From Mobula hypostoma (lineage: Eukaryota), in the NCBI RefSeq assembly GCF_963921235.1, contig NC_086108.1:33482001-33546000 (forward strand): 64,000 nucleotides of DNA, in the 5' to 3' direction. Below, one piece after another: positions 48,795 through 60,135 of the stretch (position 1 is its first letter; each line of letters begins with the position of its first letter). The notes beneath the pieces were generated by a model. It was not told the DNA's origin and searched no databases. It was given only the letters and a program-made list of their open reading frames with translations. Both the position numbers and the translations under genes were made by a program.

Positions 48795-48912
48795 ACTGAT
48801 GAAGAGTCTCAGCCCAGAACATCAGCAATTTATTCATCTCCATAGATGCTGCCTGACCTACTGAGTATTTTGTGTGTGTTGCTCTGGATTACCAGCATCT
48901 GCAGAATCTCTT
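48795..48912 (+). mobile_element. Short PLE terminal insertion starting at a degenerate hammerhead
   Basis: ctgatgaagagtctcagcccagaacatc..tagatgctgcctgacc..ccagcatctgcagaatctc. Confidence 0.75.
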
Positions 48913-49637
48913 CGTATATGAGTCTTAGAAGTCTATTCTTCAAAGACATGCGAAAACAGAGTCTTCGAATATTTTTAAAGTAACAGTTGTTATTTCTTGA
49001 CACACTCAAAGGTTTGGTGCGGGTGTGAATGAAAGGGTACGTGGGTAGACAGAGTTGAAGTTACAATCAGATCAGCTTTGATCTTGTTGAATGTAGGAGG
49101 TGCTCAATGGGCTGAGAGGCTGATTCTGTGCCTGTTTTGTACTTTCACATGTATAAGCTCAAATTCCTCTCTCACATGTCCTGACTTCAACAAACATTTA
49201 AAAGCAAAGTAATTAAAATATTATTGTAGCAGTGAAATAAAAAATCAATATATTGAAAAGGCAAGAATATAATGAAATACATTTAAGTGAACTTAATGAA
49301 ATTGAAAAAGGAATTTATCTTGTAATTCATCCTTTTGTTCACAGTACTGCTTCTTGTCTGAGGCCAACTTGTGGGCAGAATTTTCAGCCTAACTGCTGGC
49401 AAATCTGTGAAGTTTGCTCTCCTTGTTGGACTCTGTGAAGGGATTGATGGGAGGGCACCAGTGAAGTTTGAGTCATCTGTGTACCTTTAGGAGTTCCAAA
49501 CTTCTGTCTAAAAGTTATCGTGGAACCACCAGCATTTATGCAGAAGATTTTGCCAAGAAACACTAAAGTGTGCAATTTTAAGTTCTAATTGTAGATGCAT
49601 GCAAATTACTTTCTTTTCTTACTTGTATTGTTTACAG

Positions 49638-49955
49638 TGGTAAGTGAGACTAGAATTAGAGGACATAGCCTCAAGATTTGCGAGAACAGATTTAAATTGG
49701 AGATGAGGAGAAACTGCTTTTCCCAGAGGGTTGTGAATTTGTGGAATTCTCTGCCTAGGGAAGCAGTGGAGGTTACTTCATTAAATATATTTAAGACACA
49801 GGTTGATAGATGTTTGCATAGCAGGGGAATTAAGGATTACAAGGAAAAGGCAGGTAGGTGGAGTCAAATCCTTGGTCAGATTGACTATGTTCTTATTAAA
49901 TGGTGGAGCAGGCTTAATGGACCAGATGGCCAACTCCTGTTCTAATCTAATGCTC
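49638..49955 (+). mobile_element. CR1 3' fragment
   Basis: ORF 49595 carries TRIRGHSLKI..FSQRVVNLWNSLP. Confidence 0.85.
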
Positions 49956-50029
49956 TTATTGTTGGTTGTGATTCAATGTGATTCTTTGAACAAGTAAACA
50001 CAAGGAAATAATTTGCTTTTGATTCACAG

Positions 50030-50325
50030 ATCATAAAGACACTGTCTGCCGTAGTCCAAAATCAATGGTTGGGATCCCAGTCTCTGGAGCCTTATACAAG
50101 TTATTGCAGATCTGTCTCACGCCTCTGGATTACTTCGACTATATATTTTTCGTAATGGTTGGTTTTGCAATATTTATCAGTGGCATCATTGTAGCCTCAA
50201 TCACAGGTGCAATCATGGTCTGCTTGGAGCGTCACCGGAGGAATACAGAAAAAGAAGATGAGATAGAAATAGCTCTGTATCAAGCAGAAGGGTCTACAGT
50301 GAGATTTAACAATATCGAAACATGA
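50030..50325 (+). CDS. LRRC52: LRRC52-like coding exon 2 (end of LRRCT, transmembrane helix, basic then acidic tail)
   Basis: Acceptor tttgattcacAG|at at 50029/50030. The phase-1 join gives ..VTFP-D-HKDTVCRSPKSMVG in frame with ORF 50065. CLTPLDYFDYIFFVMVGFAIFISGIIVASITG resembles, from recall, the mammalian LRRC52 juxtamembrane/TM segment (C.T.LD..DYIF....GF.IF..G...A..TG). Stop TGA at 50323-50325. Confidence 0.88.
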
Positions 50326-50573
50326 TAAAGGTCTTTTCAGGAATATCCTGTCACAAGGAACTCTTTATTTTATCAGTAAGGTCATTGGTAGGATGGTTCA
50401 TGTTATGAGTTAAATTAAAATGAATTATTTGCTAACCAATGGATCAATATAATGAACTATGTAGAAAACTCAAGGGCATCTCTCAGCAAAATTATCATGG
50501 TTCAATTATGTAGTACTTTCTTTGCAATTTATATATTTTCGGAAGCACTCATTTATTTTGTAAGCTATATGCC

Positions 50574-50579
50574 AATAAA
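50574..50579 (+). terminator. Candidate polyadenylation signal of the LRRC52-like gene
   Basis: AATAAA ~250 nt after the stop, with GT-rich sequence downstream near 50623-50640. Confidence 0.5.
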
Positions 50580-51094
50580 ATTTATTATACATTTCCAAGA
50601 CTACTGATTTATGAATGAATAATGTGTATTGTGTGTTGAGAACAAAAGTCCCCTTTGCCCTGCTGATATACAGATATAGTCAGATTGACACCTGATATGG
50701 TTCAGCACATCAAGGCATTTCTGATCTTATTTTTCCATACAATTTTCTCAGAGATAGAAAGTAGCTGGATACAGCTGCATGAATGGCGGGGGCCTAGCAA
50801 GCACTGATCCCCATTGGATATTGCTCACTCCTGGGTCTAGTTAGCAAGTGAAGGTTGCTATTTGAATAATGGAGATGGTGTTCAAGAGCCATGAGGTAAT
50901 GCTGCAGCCTTGTAAGACTCTGGTCAGACCACATATGGAGTATTGTGTTCAGTTCTTAACGCCTCATTATAAAAAGAATGTGAAACTTTACAGAGAATGC
51001 AGAGGAGATTTACCATGATGCTGCCTGGATTACATCCTATCTGTACAGACGAACCTAATTCTATCATTACCAGTAAACTTACATGCATATTGGA

Positions 51095-51817
51095 TAAGAT
51101 GTCAGGAAGGGGAAGTCGAGTGAACATACACCGGTCCTCATCAAGGGATCTGCAGTGGAAAGGGTGAGCAGTTTCAAGTTTCTGGGTGTCAATATCTCTG
51201 AAGATCTATCCTGGGCCCAACATATTGATGTGATTACAAAGAAGTCACGACAGCACTTATATTTCATTATGAGTTTGAGGAGACTGGTTACGTTACTGAA
51301 GACTCTCTCAAGTTTCTATGGATGTACCGTGGAGGACATTCTAACTGTTTGCTTAACTGTCTGGTGTGGAGGGGCCACTGCATAGGATTGAAAAAAACTG
51401 CAGAAGGATGTAAACCCAACCCAGCCAGCTCCATCATGGGCACTAGTGTCCCAAGCATTGAGGACATCTTCGAAAGGCGGTGCCTCGAAAAGGCAACGTC
51501 CATCATTAAGGACATGCCCTCTTCTCACTGCCACCATCAGGAAGATGGTTCAGGAGCCTGAAGACACACACTCAATGTTTCAGGAACAGCTTCTTCCCCT
51601 CTGCCATCAGATTTCTGAATGGACAATGAACTTATGAACACTACCTCAGTATTTTCTATTTTTGCTCTCTTTTTGTACTATTTATTAAAATATATATACG
51701 TATATTTCTTATTGTGATATAGTTATTATCATGTATTGTAATATACTGCTACCACAAAACAACAAATTTCACAACATATGCCAGTGATATTAAACCCAAT
51801 TCTGATTCTGATTCTGA
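51095..51817 (+). mobile_element. Rex1/Babar-type LINE 3' fragment
   Basis: ORF 51155 (ERVSSFKFLGVNISEDLSW) and a (gattct)n tail. Confidence 0.88.
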
Positions 51818-52639
51818 AGTGGAAACCCTCATTCTGTGCAAGCTAGAAGCAGCTAATACGATTGTCACCAGAATGAAAATCATTTAGCTCAACACCAATG
51901 AGACACCGAACGTAGGAATTCCATGGAGAAATTCCATGGTAAGGCTTTTCTGTGTGCAGATTTTTGGGGGACTGTGAATACCATGTGTTGAATTTTGGAA
52001 TGCCAAGTGGCAACTCCGAGATTTATTGCAAATGAAAGGATTTCCACTTCCTATATGCTCAGTGGTAAGTGATAATAAACAAAGTTGAATGAGGTCAATC
52101 TCCAGAATCTTGGCAGTAGCAACAATGCCCCTTTCGGCAATGGTCTGAAGTGCAATATACATTTGAACAGACACAATGAAAAAGGATGGATTCAGATTAA
52201 CAAGTGTTTTCCACCATAACAATAACACTAGACTCTCCTGCTTATTTTGCAAATGTGTGGACATAGGATGATATGTTGCTACATGAAACATATAGACCAA
52301 GCTTAGACTTAAGTAACATCTTTGCAGTCTGGACCACTCTGGAGCAGCCTAGCAGTGCTCAGCAATATGGTTTACTAAGAACTCTGTCATCAGGATTTAC
52401 ACTTGCTCCAAGTACATGGTGAACAGCAGAAGAAGAGGAATAGAGGAACGATATTGAAAACTCATTTATTGGTATAACATCCATGAATAACGCATCTCAC
52501 TGCATGGTCGGTAAAATAAAATTACAATTGTAAATACAACTGCCCACATCTTCCCTTCCCTCCATTGCTGACCATCACAAGATCCACTCTGGGCAAGCTA
52601 CCAGAACAAAGATCACCACCAAATAAAGATTCTAAATTG

Positions 52640-53220
52640 TTAGAACTTGGAACAGTACAGCACAGGAGCAGGCCATTCAGCTTACAATGCTGTGCTGAAC
52701 CAGCTAAAAAGTAACTCAAAAATGCCCAACACTAATCCATCCTATGTCCCCAATGTCCATATCCTTCCATCTTCTTTACATTCATGTGCCTATCCAAATG
52801 TCTCCTAAAAGTCTCTGATGTACTTGCCTGTACTACCATACCAGGCAGTGCATTCCAAACATCCACCACTCTGAGTAAAACCTTACCCCTCACATCTCCC
52901 TTGAACCTACCCCCTCTCACCTTCAGTATATACCTTCTGCTATTAGTCATTTCAATCCTGGGAAAAAAGACATTCCCTGTCTACTCTGTCTAAGCCTCTC
53001 GTAATCTTATAAACCCTGTCAGGTCTCCCCTCAGCCTCTGCAGTTCCAGAGAAAACAACCAATTCTTTTATCCATCTTTTCTTGATAGTAAATGCGCTTT
53101 AAACCGGGCAGGATCCCGGTAAAGCTTGTCTGCTCTCTCTCGAAAGCCTCAACATCCTTCTTACAGTGGGGCAATAGTGCAGATGTGGCCTAACCAGAGT
53201 CTTAAAAAGTTGCAACATAT
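52640..53220 (-). mobile_element. CR1 3' fragment
   Basis: ORF 52732-52950 (LKVRGGRFKGDVRGK). Same family as 2130-2890. Confidence 0.85.
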
Positions 53221-53341
53221 CACCTAAGTGTCTACATACTAAACAAAACTATAGACAAATCTCTGCCAGTGACTTATATTCAGTGTCTAGGTGCCTGCCT
53301 TTCATGGATTCATGTCTTTTTTAGTGCTCTTGGATTGATCT

Positions 53342-53840
53342 AGCCTCACTATAGGAAGGATGTGGAAGCACTGGAAAGGGTACAGAGGAGATTTACCAGG
53401 ATGCAGCCTGGTTTAGAGAGTATGGATTATGATCAGGGATTAAGGGAGCTAGGGCTTTACTCTTTGGAGAGAAGGAGGATGAGAGGAGACATGATAGAGG
53501 TGTACAAGATATTAAGAGGAATAGATAGAGTGGATAGCCAGCACCTCTTCCCCAGGACATCACTGCTCAATACAAGAGGACATGGCTTTAAGGTAAGGGG
53601 TGGGAAGTTCAAGGGGGATACTAGAGGAAGGTTTTTTACTCAGAGAGTTGTTGGTGCATGGAATGCACTGCCTGAGTCAGTGGTGGAGGCAGATACACTA
53701 GTGACGTTTAAGAGACTACTAGACAGGTATATGGAGGAATTTAAGGTGGGGGGTTATACGGGAGGCAGGGTTTGAGGGTCGGCACAACATTGTGGGCCGA
53801 AGGGCCTGTAATGTGCTGTACTATTCTATGTTCTATGTTC
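53342..53840 (+). mobile_element. CR1 3' fragment
   Basis: ORF 53362-53775 and a (ttctatg) tail. Confidence 0.92.
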
Positions 53841-55554
53841 AATGACTTTGGAAGGCTGCTGTCTTTCAGTAGTGAAAACTCCATGTGACCTTAGAGAAAC
53901 TCCAAGTTGCCCTAGGCTAGATTTTGAACTATTATATTAGCTTGAACGTGAGCTTACTGCAGAGATGGACATCAGCAAGGGTGTTGCTGAAGTGGTTCTG
54001 ATGTGTTCATGATGGTCATTCCTTGCAATCACCACTATCCAACATTCCACACAATATCACTCTCACCACAACTGAAATAGTGTCTGTTGGGACTCGGGAC
54101 CGTTGGAGGGCTGAGACGCCCTGTAAGTCTGTAAGAGTCTGGCGTCCATTGCAGCAGCAGTCTGCGTGGGCGCCACAGAAATGTGACTTTCTGCTAATCA
54201 TCATCCCAGATGTTGAGTAACATCTGGTTGTGCGCCAATAGATGCTGAGTAATCAGCCAGCAGATACCGCATATTGATGTGGGATCAAGGTGCAGCTCAG
54301 AGCTTCCATCCTGGAAAGGATGGGCCGTGCAGCGTTCATGCTGGGACTTGGCACGGCCTATCCAAGTCTAGCAATGCCACATGCACCATGTACTGCACTG
54401 TGCATAGCCATCAGCCTCTCTCTGCAGGATGGTCTAGCTTACACCGAATTATCTGTAGTAGAGTGCATGTGTAGCTTCGTACCCCGGTGATGGGGTGGGG
54501 ATGAAGGAACAGTTGCACACAAACATCAGCTCGCAAGAAAATACGGAATGTGACACAGGAGATCAGGTCAGTCATCCATGGACTGTACCCTATTTCTGCT
54601 TAAGTAACAATGAGCACCCTCCCCTCCATGAGGGGCATTGATGCCCCTGTAACCTGTCATCCATTAGTTACTCATCGCTGCCTTCTATTAGTACTATCTT
54701 GGATACAGCAGAGGACAGGCACCTCAGCCCACCAACACTGCACGAATCATCAAACAGCCATTTGTACTAATCCTACACCAATTCCATTTTCTCCCCACTT
54801 ATCAGCATATTAGGGGCAATTTACAGTGGCCAGTTAACATCACTGGCGTATGGGAGGTAATTGAAATGCCCAGAGGTAAATACGTACAGCCGGCATTGGA
54901 CATCGGTACTGAATCTGCGTCACTGGAGTGGTCAGAAGGTAGCTCGACTGGCTGCACCACTCTGCCCTCTTGTCCAGGGAGAGGAAGACCTGTGATAATA
55001 AATAGTAAATCCTTATTAAAAACTATTTTAGGATAATCTCAATTAGTGCAGGCCCCCTTAAGTTTAAACTTTGTGGTTGCAGAAATATTTAAGTGGGATA
55101 GTCAGGGTGAATATTGGAAATAAGACCATTGGAGGAAAACATTTGCGTCCCTGTGCCTGTTCATCATTGTTGATCTTCTGTACCAGCACCACTTTCCTGC
55201 ACGAAGATCCCCCTCCTATCAAGAAAGCTACCAATCTCTGTCTTGAATGTACTTGGCAACTGAGCTTCCTTCATCCTCCTTGGTAGAAAATTTCAAAGAT
55301 TCACTGCTCTCTGGCTGAAGAAATTTCTTTTTATCTTTGTCTGGAATGGCTGGCCACTTATTTTGACCCAGTCAATTGCAATTAGCTAGAGAGACCATAA
55401 CTGTAGTAGCCCAAATGTCATCTACCATGGAGTTACATTGTTTCAGTAAGAAATCTTTACGTCTATATTTAAATCCTTTGCAACAAAGGCCAAAACAATT
55501 ATTTGCCTTCCTAATTATTTGCTGCAACTGCATGTTAATTTCTAATGATTTGAG

Positions 55555-56395
55555 TACCATATTTATAAATGACCTGGATGAGGAAGTAGACTGGGCTGAG
55601 AAGTGGCAGATGGAGTTCAACCCAGATAAGTGTGAAGTGGTTCATTCTGGTAGGTCAAATATGATGGCAGAATATAGTATTAATGGTAAGACTCCTGGCA
55701 TTGTAGAGTATCAGAGGGATCTTGGGTCCGAGTCCATAGGACACTCAAAGCTGCTGCACAGGTTGACTCTGTGGTTAACCTTCATCAATGGTGGAATTAG
55801 TTTAGGAGCCAAGAGGTAATGTTGCAGCTATAAGGATCCTGGTCAGACCCCACTTGAAGTACTGTGCTCAGTTCTGGACGCCTCACTACAGAAAGGATGT
55901 GGAAACCATAGAAAGGATGCAGAGGAGATTTACAAGGATGCTGCCAGGATTGGGGAGCATGCCTTATGAGAATAGGTTGAGTGAACTTGGCCTTTTCTCC
56001 TTGGAGCGATGGAGGAGGAGAGGTGACCTGATAGAGGTGTATAAGATGATGAGAGGCATTGATCCTATGGATAGTCAGAGACTTTTTCCCAGAGCTGAAA
56101 TGGCTAGTACAAGAAGACACAGTTTTAAGGTGCTTGGAAGTAGATACAGAGGAGATGTCAGAGGTAAGTTTTTTATGCAGAAAGTGGTGAGTGCGTGGAA
56201 TGGGCTGCCGGCGACGGTGGTGGAGGCAGATACAATAGGATCTTTTAAGAGACTCCTGGATAGGTACATGGAGCTTAGAAAAATAGAGGGCCATGGGTAA
56301 CCCTAGGTAATTTCTATGGTAAGGACATGTTCGGCACAGCTTTGTGGGCCAAAGTGCCTGTATTGTGCTGTAGGTTTTCTATGTTTTATGTTCTA
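55555..56395 (+). mobile_element. CR1 3' part
   Basis: ORF 55854-56300. Same subfamily as the antisense copy at 57150-58165. Confidence 0.9.
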
Positions 56396-57149
56396 CCAAG
56401 GACACCCGGGTCCCACTGAGTAGCAACACTCCTTAATCTCCGTGATATAAAAGTAGGTCCTTATTTCTATTTTCTACATAAGTGGGTGACTTCATATTTT
56501 TCCACATTATATTCCATCTGCCCATTCCTCTCCCATTTACTGAGACTGGTTGCAGTGACATAATCAATAATGGATTGATTAGGGGAAGATGATGTGGTTT
56601 GTTAAAGGCAGCTCATGTTTAACTCACCCGATCAAGTTTTGCGATGAGGGGATCGCGAGGGCCAGTGCGAGAAATATGACTGATGTGATGTACTGTGCAC
56701 CGACTTCCAAAAGTTGTTAAGAAGTTTGCTATGAATATATTAGTTATCAAGATTGAGGCCCATGGGGTAAAAGGGACAGCAGCAGTAAATAAGAAGAGAA
56801 CATAACAGCACGAGAAATAGGAGCAGGAGTAGGCCATCTGGCCCGTCGAGCCTGCTCCGCCATTCAATACGATCACGGCTGATCTGGCCATGGACTCACC
56901 TCCACCTACCTGCCTTTTCATCATAACACTTAATTCCCCTACTATGCAAAAATAAATATTGGCTAGGTGAGAGAAAATGGAGTAGTAGCCAGCACTTACT
57001 TTTCAAACTGGAGGAAGATATACCCTGGGATTCCATTGAGGTCTAGCAATTCTCTTAGCCTGTATTAATGACATAGATTGGTTTGTGCAGCACACAATTT
57101 ACAAATCTGTAGATGAACCAAAATTTGGAAGTGTAGTGAAATGTGAGGA

Positions 57150-58165
57150 AACACAGAAACATAGAAAACCTACAGCACAACACAGGCCCTTCGGCCCACA
57201 AAGCTGTGCCGAACATGTCCTTACCTTAGAACTACCTAGGCTTTACCCATAGCCCTCTGTAAGCTCTATGTACCCATCCAGGAGTCTCTTAAAAGACCCT
57301 ATCATTTCCACCTCCACCACTGCCACCGGCAACCCATTCTACGCACTCACCCCTCTCTGCATAAAAATCTTACCCCTGACATCTCCTCTATACCTACTTC
57401 CAAGCACCTTAAAACAATGCCCTCTCATGCTAGCCACTTCAGCCCTGGGAAAAAGCCTCTGACTATCCACACAATCAATGCCTCTCATTATCTTGTACAC
57501 CTTTATCAGGTCACCTCTCAACCTCCGTTGCTTCAAGGGGAAAAGGCTGAGTTCATTCAACCTATTCTCATAAGGCGTGCTCCCCAATCCAGGCAACACC
57601 CTTGTAAATCGCCTCTGCACCCTTTCTATGGTTTCCACGTCCTTCTGTAGTGAGGTGACCAGAACTGAGCACAGTACTCCAAGTGGGGTCTGACCAGGGT
57701 CCTATATAGCTACAACTTTACCTCTCAGCTCTTAAACTCAATCTCACGATTGATGAAGGCTAATGCACTGTATGCCTTCTTAACCACAGAGTCAACCTGC
57801 GGAGAAGCTTTGACTGTCCCATGGACTCGGACCCCAAGATCCCTCTGATCCTCCACACTGCCAAGAGTCTTACCATTAATACTATATTCTGCCATCATAC
57901 TTGACCTACCAAAATGAACCACCTCACACTTATCTGGGTTGAACTCCATCTGCCACTTCTCAGCCCAGTTTTGCATCCTATCAATGTCCTGCTGTAACCT
58001 CTGACAGCCCTCCACACTATCCACAACACCACCAACCTTTGTGTCATCAGCAAATTTACTAACCCATCCCTCCACTTCCTCATCCAGGTCTTTTATAAAA
58101 ACTACAAAGAGCAGGCATCCCAGAACAGATCCCTGAGGCACACCACTGGTCACCGGCCTCCATGA
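57150..58165 (-). mobile_element. CR1 3' part
   Basis: ORFs 57725-58210 (SGVPQGSVLG, SKFADDTK) and 57339-57638. Confidence 0.92.
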
Positions 58166-60135
58166 GAAGAGCAGGAGGATGGCATGAGACTGGTGGAATT
58201 GGTGGAACATGACAGATAAAATTAAACACAGGCAGATATTAAGTGTTGCACTTATGTAGGACTAGCAGGGAGAGGCAATGTGAATTAGATATCACAATGC
58301 TAAAAGGTGTCTAGGAACAGTTATAACTGCATCGATTGTTGATTGAAGTAGCACAGTCTGAGAAAGCAGCTCAAACATGTGTGGGATCCTGGGCTTTACA
58401 AATAAAAACATGGAATACCTGAGAAAGAAAATCATGATAAACCTTTATAATCCTGGTCTGGAAACAAATAGAAATTGGGTCCTACATCTGGGCATTACTC
58501 TTTAGAAAAGATGTGAAGGCTTTGTAGAAGAGATGATTCAAGGAAAAAGGGAGGTTAAAGTTGTGGAGTGACTCGGGATAAAAAGCTACTGCTGTTTTCT
58601 TTGGAACAGAGGAGGTTGAGAGGGAACAAAAACAAAATATTGGAGGAACTTTGTGGGTCAGGCAACATTTATGGAGGAGGCAAATGACATTTTGGAATAA
58701 GCACTTCATCAGAGAGGAGATCTAAGAGAGGTATTTAAAATTATGAAGGTTGTACAAAAGCTAGATGAAAGGAAACTGTTCCTATTGATAGAAGGGAGAA
58801 GAATCAAAGGACTGGGTGTTTTAAATATCAATTTTGGTCGATTCCACAGACGATTATGGCGATTACTAACAGGTTGAACCATATTAGTTGTCCACCAAAT
58901 AGTTCAATTCTCTCTAAGTTCTCTATAGAGCAATCCCATGACTGAAATCATATCCAGCTTGATTTAACGTCATTACCTGAAGCAAACACTACCACAAAAT
59001 TCCTGGACTTATTTCTAAAAAGCAATCTCACAAGATGTAGGTCAGTGTGTTCAAATTGCAGATAAATACACATAAACAGATTAGCTTACAAGATAATCGT
59101 GAAGGTTGTAAATAATTCAAAGTCATAAGATTCCTATTATATCACAACCTTTATTTAGAAAGGAGAACTTGCACTTAAATAGTGCATTCCATGATCTCAG
59201 GAAATACCATACCCTGCCATTTGAGACAGCACCTTGTGATCTTATGTGACCATTTAGGATGGAGGGAGATGAGGCCACAGTTTAACCTCATGTTCCGACA
59301 TCCGAATCTCCAGCAATGCACTGTTTTCTTAGTTCTACTCTGACAGTGATAGTATCTACAAGAGGTGTTTCCTCAAGGAGGCAACATCCATCATCAAAGA
59401 TCTCCAGGCCATGCCATGCCATGCCATGCCATGCCACCATCAAGCAGAAGGAACAGAAGCCTGAAGTGGCACACCACCATGTTCAAGAACAGCTACTTCC
59501 ATTCAGTTGTTTGGTTCTTGAAGCAACCGTTCCAACCCTAGTCACTAGCTCAGTATAGTAACGTTAACCTTTTGATCATTTTGCACAAAGACTGACTTTT
59601 CTGTTGTTCTAATTATGCTTTTTTTCTTGTAAAAATTATGCATGAATGTTTTTCTTCTGAATGCCACTTATATGAAGCTACGTGCTTGTAATGCTGTTGC
59701 AAGTAAGGTTTTCATATGCACTTATGCAACGATAATAAAATTGACTTCACATTAGATTTGATTTTTGCATTCAATTATTTAAATCATAACCTTGTGACTT
59801 AAAGGTGAGAGAGTTTTGCTATTTGAACAAGTGCTGGCATTGATTTCAGAAAGTCCAAATCTTGGGGTAGGATGGTTTGGCTGTCTCTGCTACAACCCCA
59901 GTATTTACCTGCTCTTCACTGATTTCAGTAACTTAATGATTACAGCCAGTGCCTTGCTGGATTAGTGGAAATGCTTGCGGACTGCTGCAGCATTGACCTT
60001 CCCTTCGCCCATGGTTGATCAAGCTGATTCCATTCTGCTGAGCTGCTATTTCCATGTCTCATTCTATCCTAGTGATTTCTATATGATCAACTGAGATGGT
60101 GTAAGGAAAGAGTTATATTTGATTCCTCATTGTTA

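Noticed and set aside
51884..52300. 138-aa minus ORF in non-repeat DNA
   Set aside because: Non-ATG start, no domain signature and no convincing splice structure.
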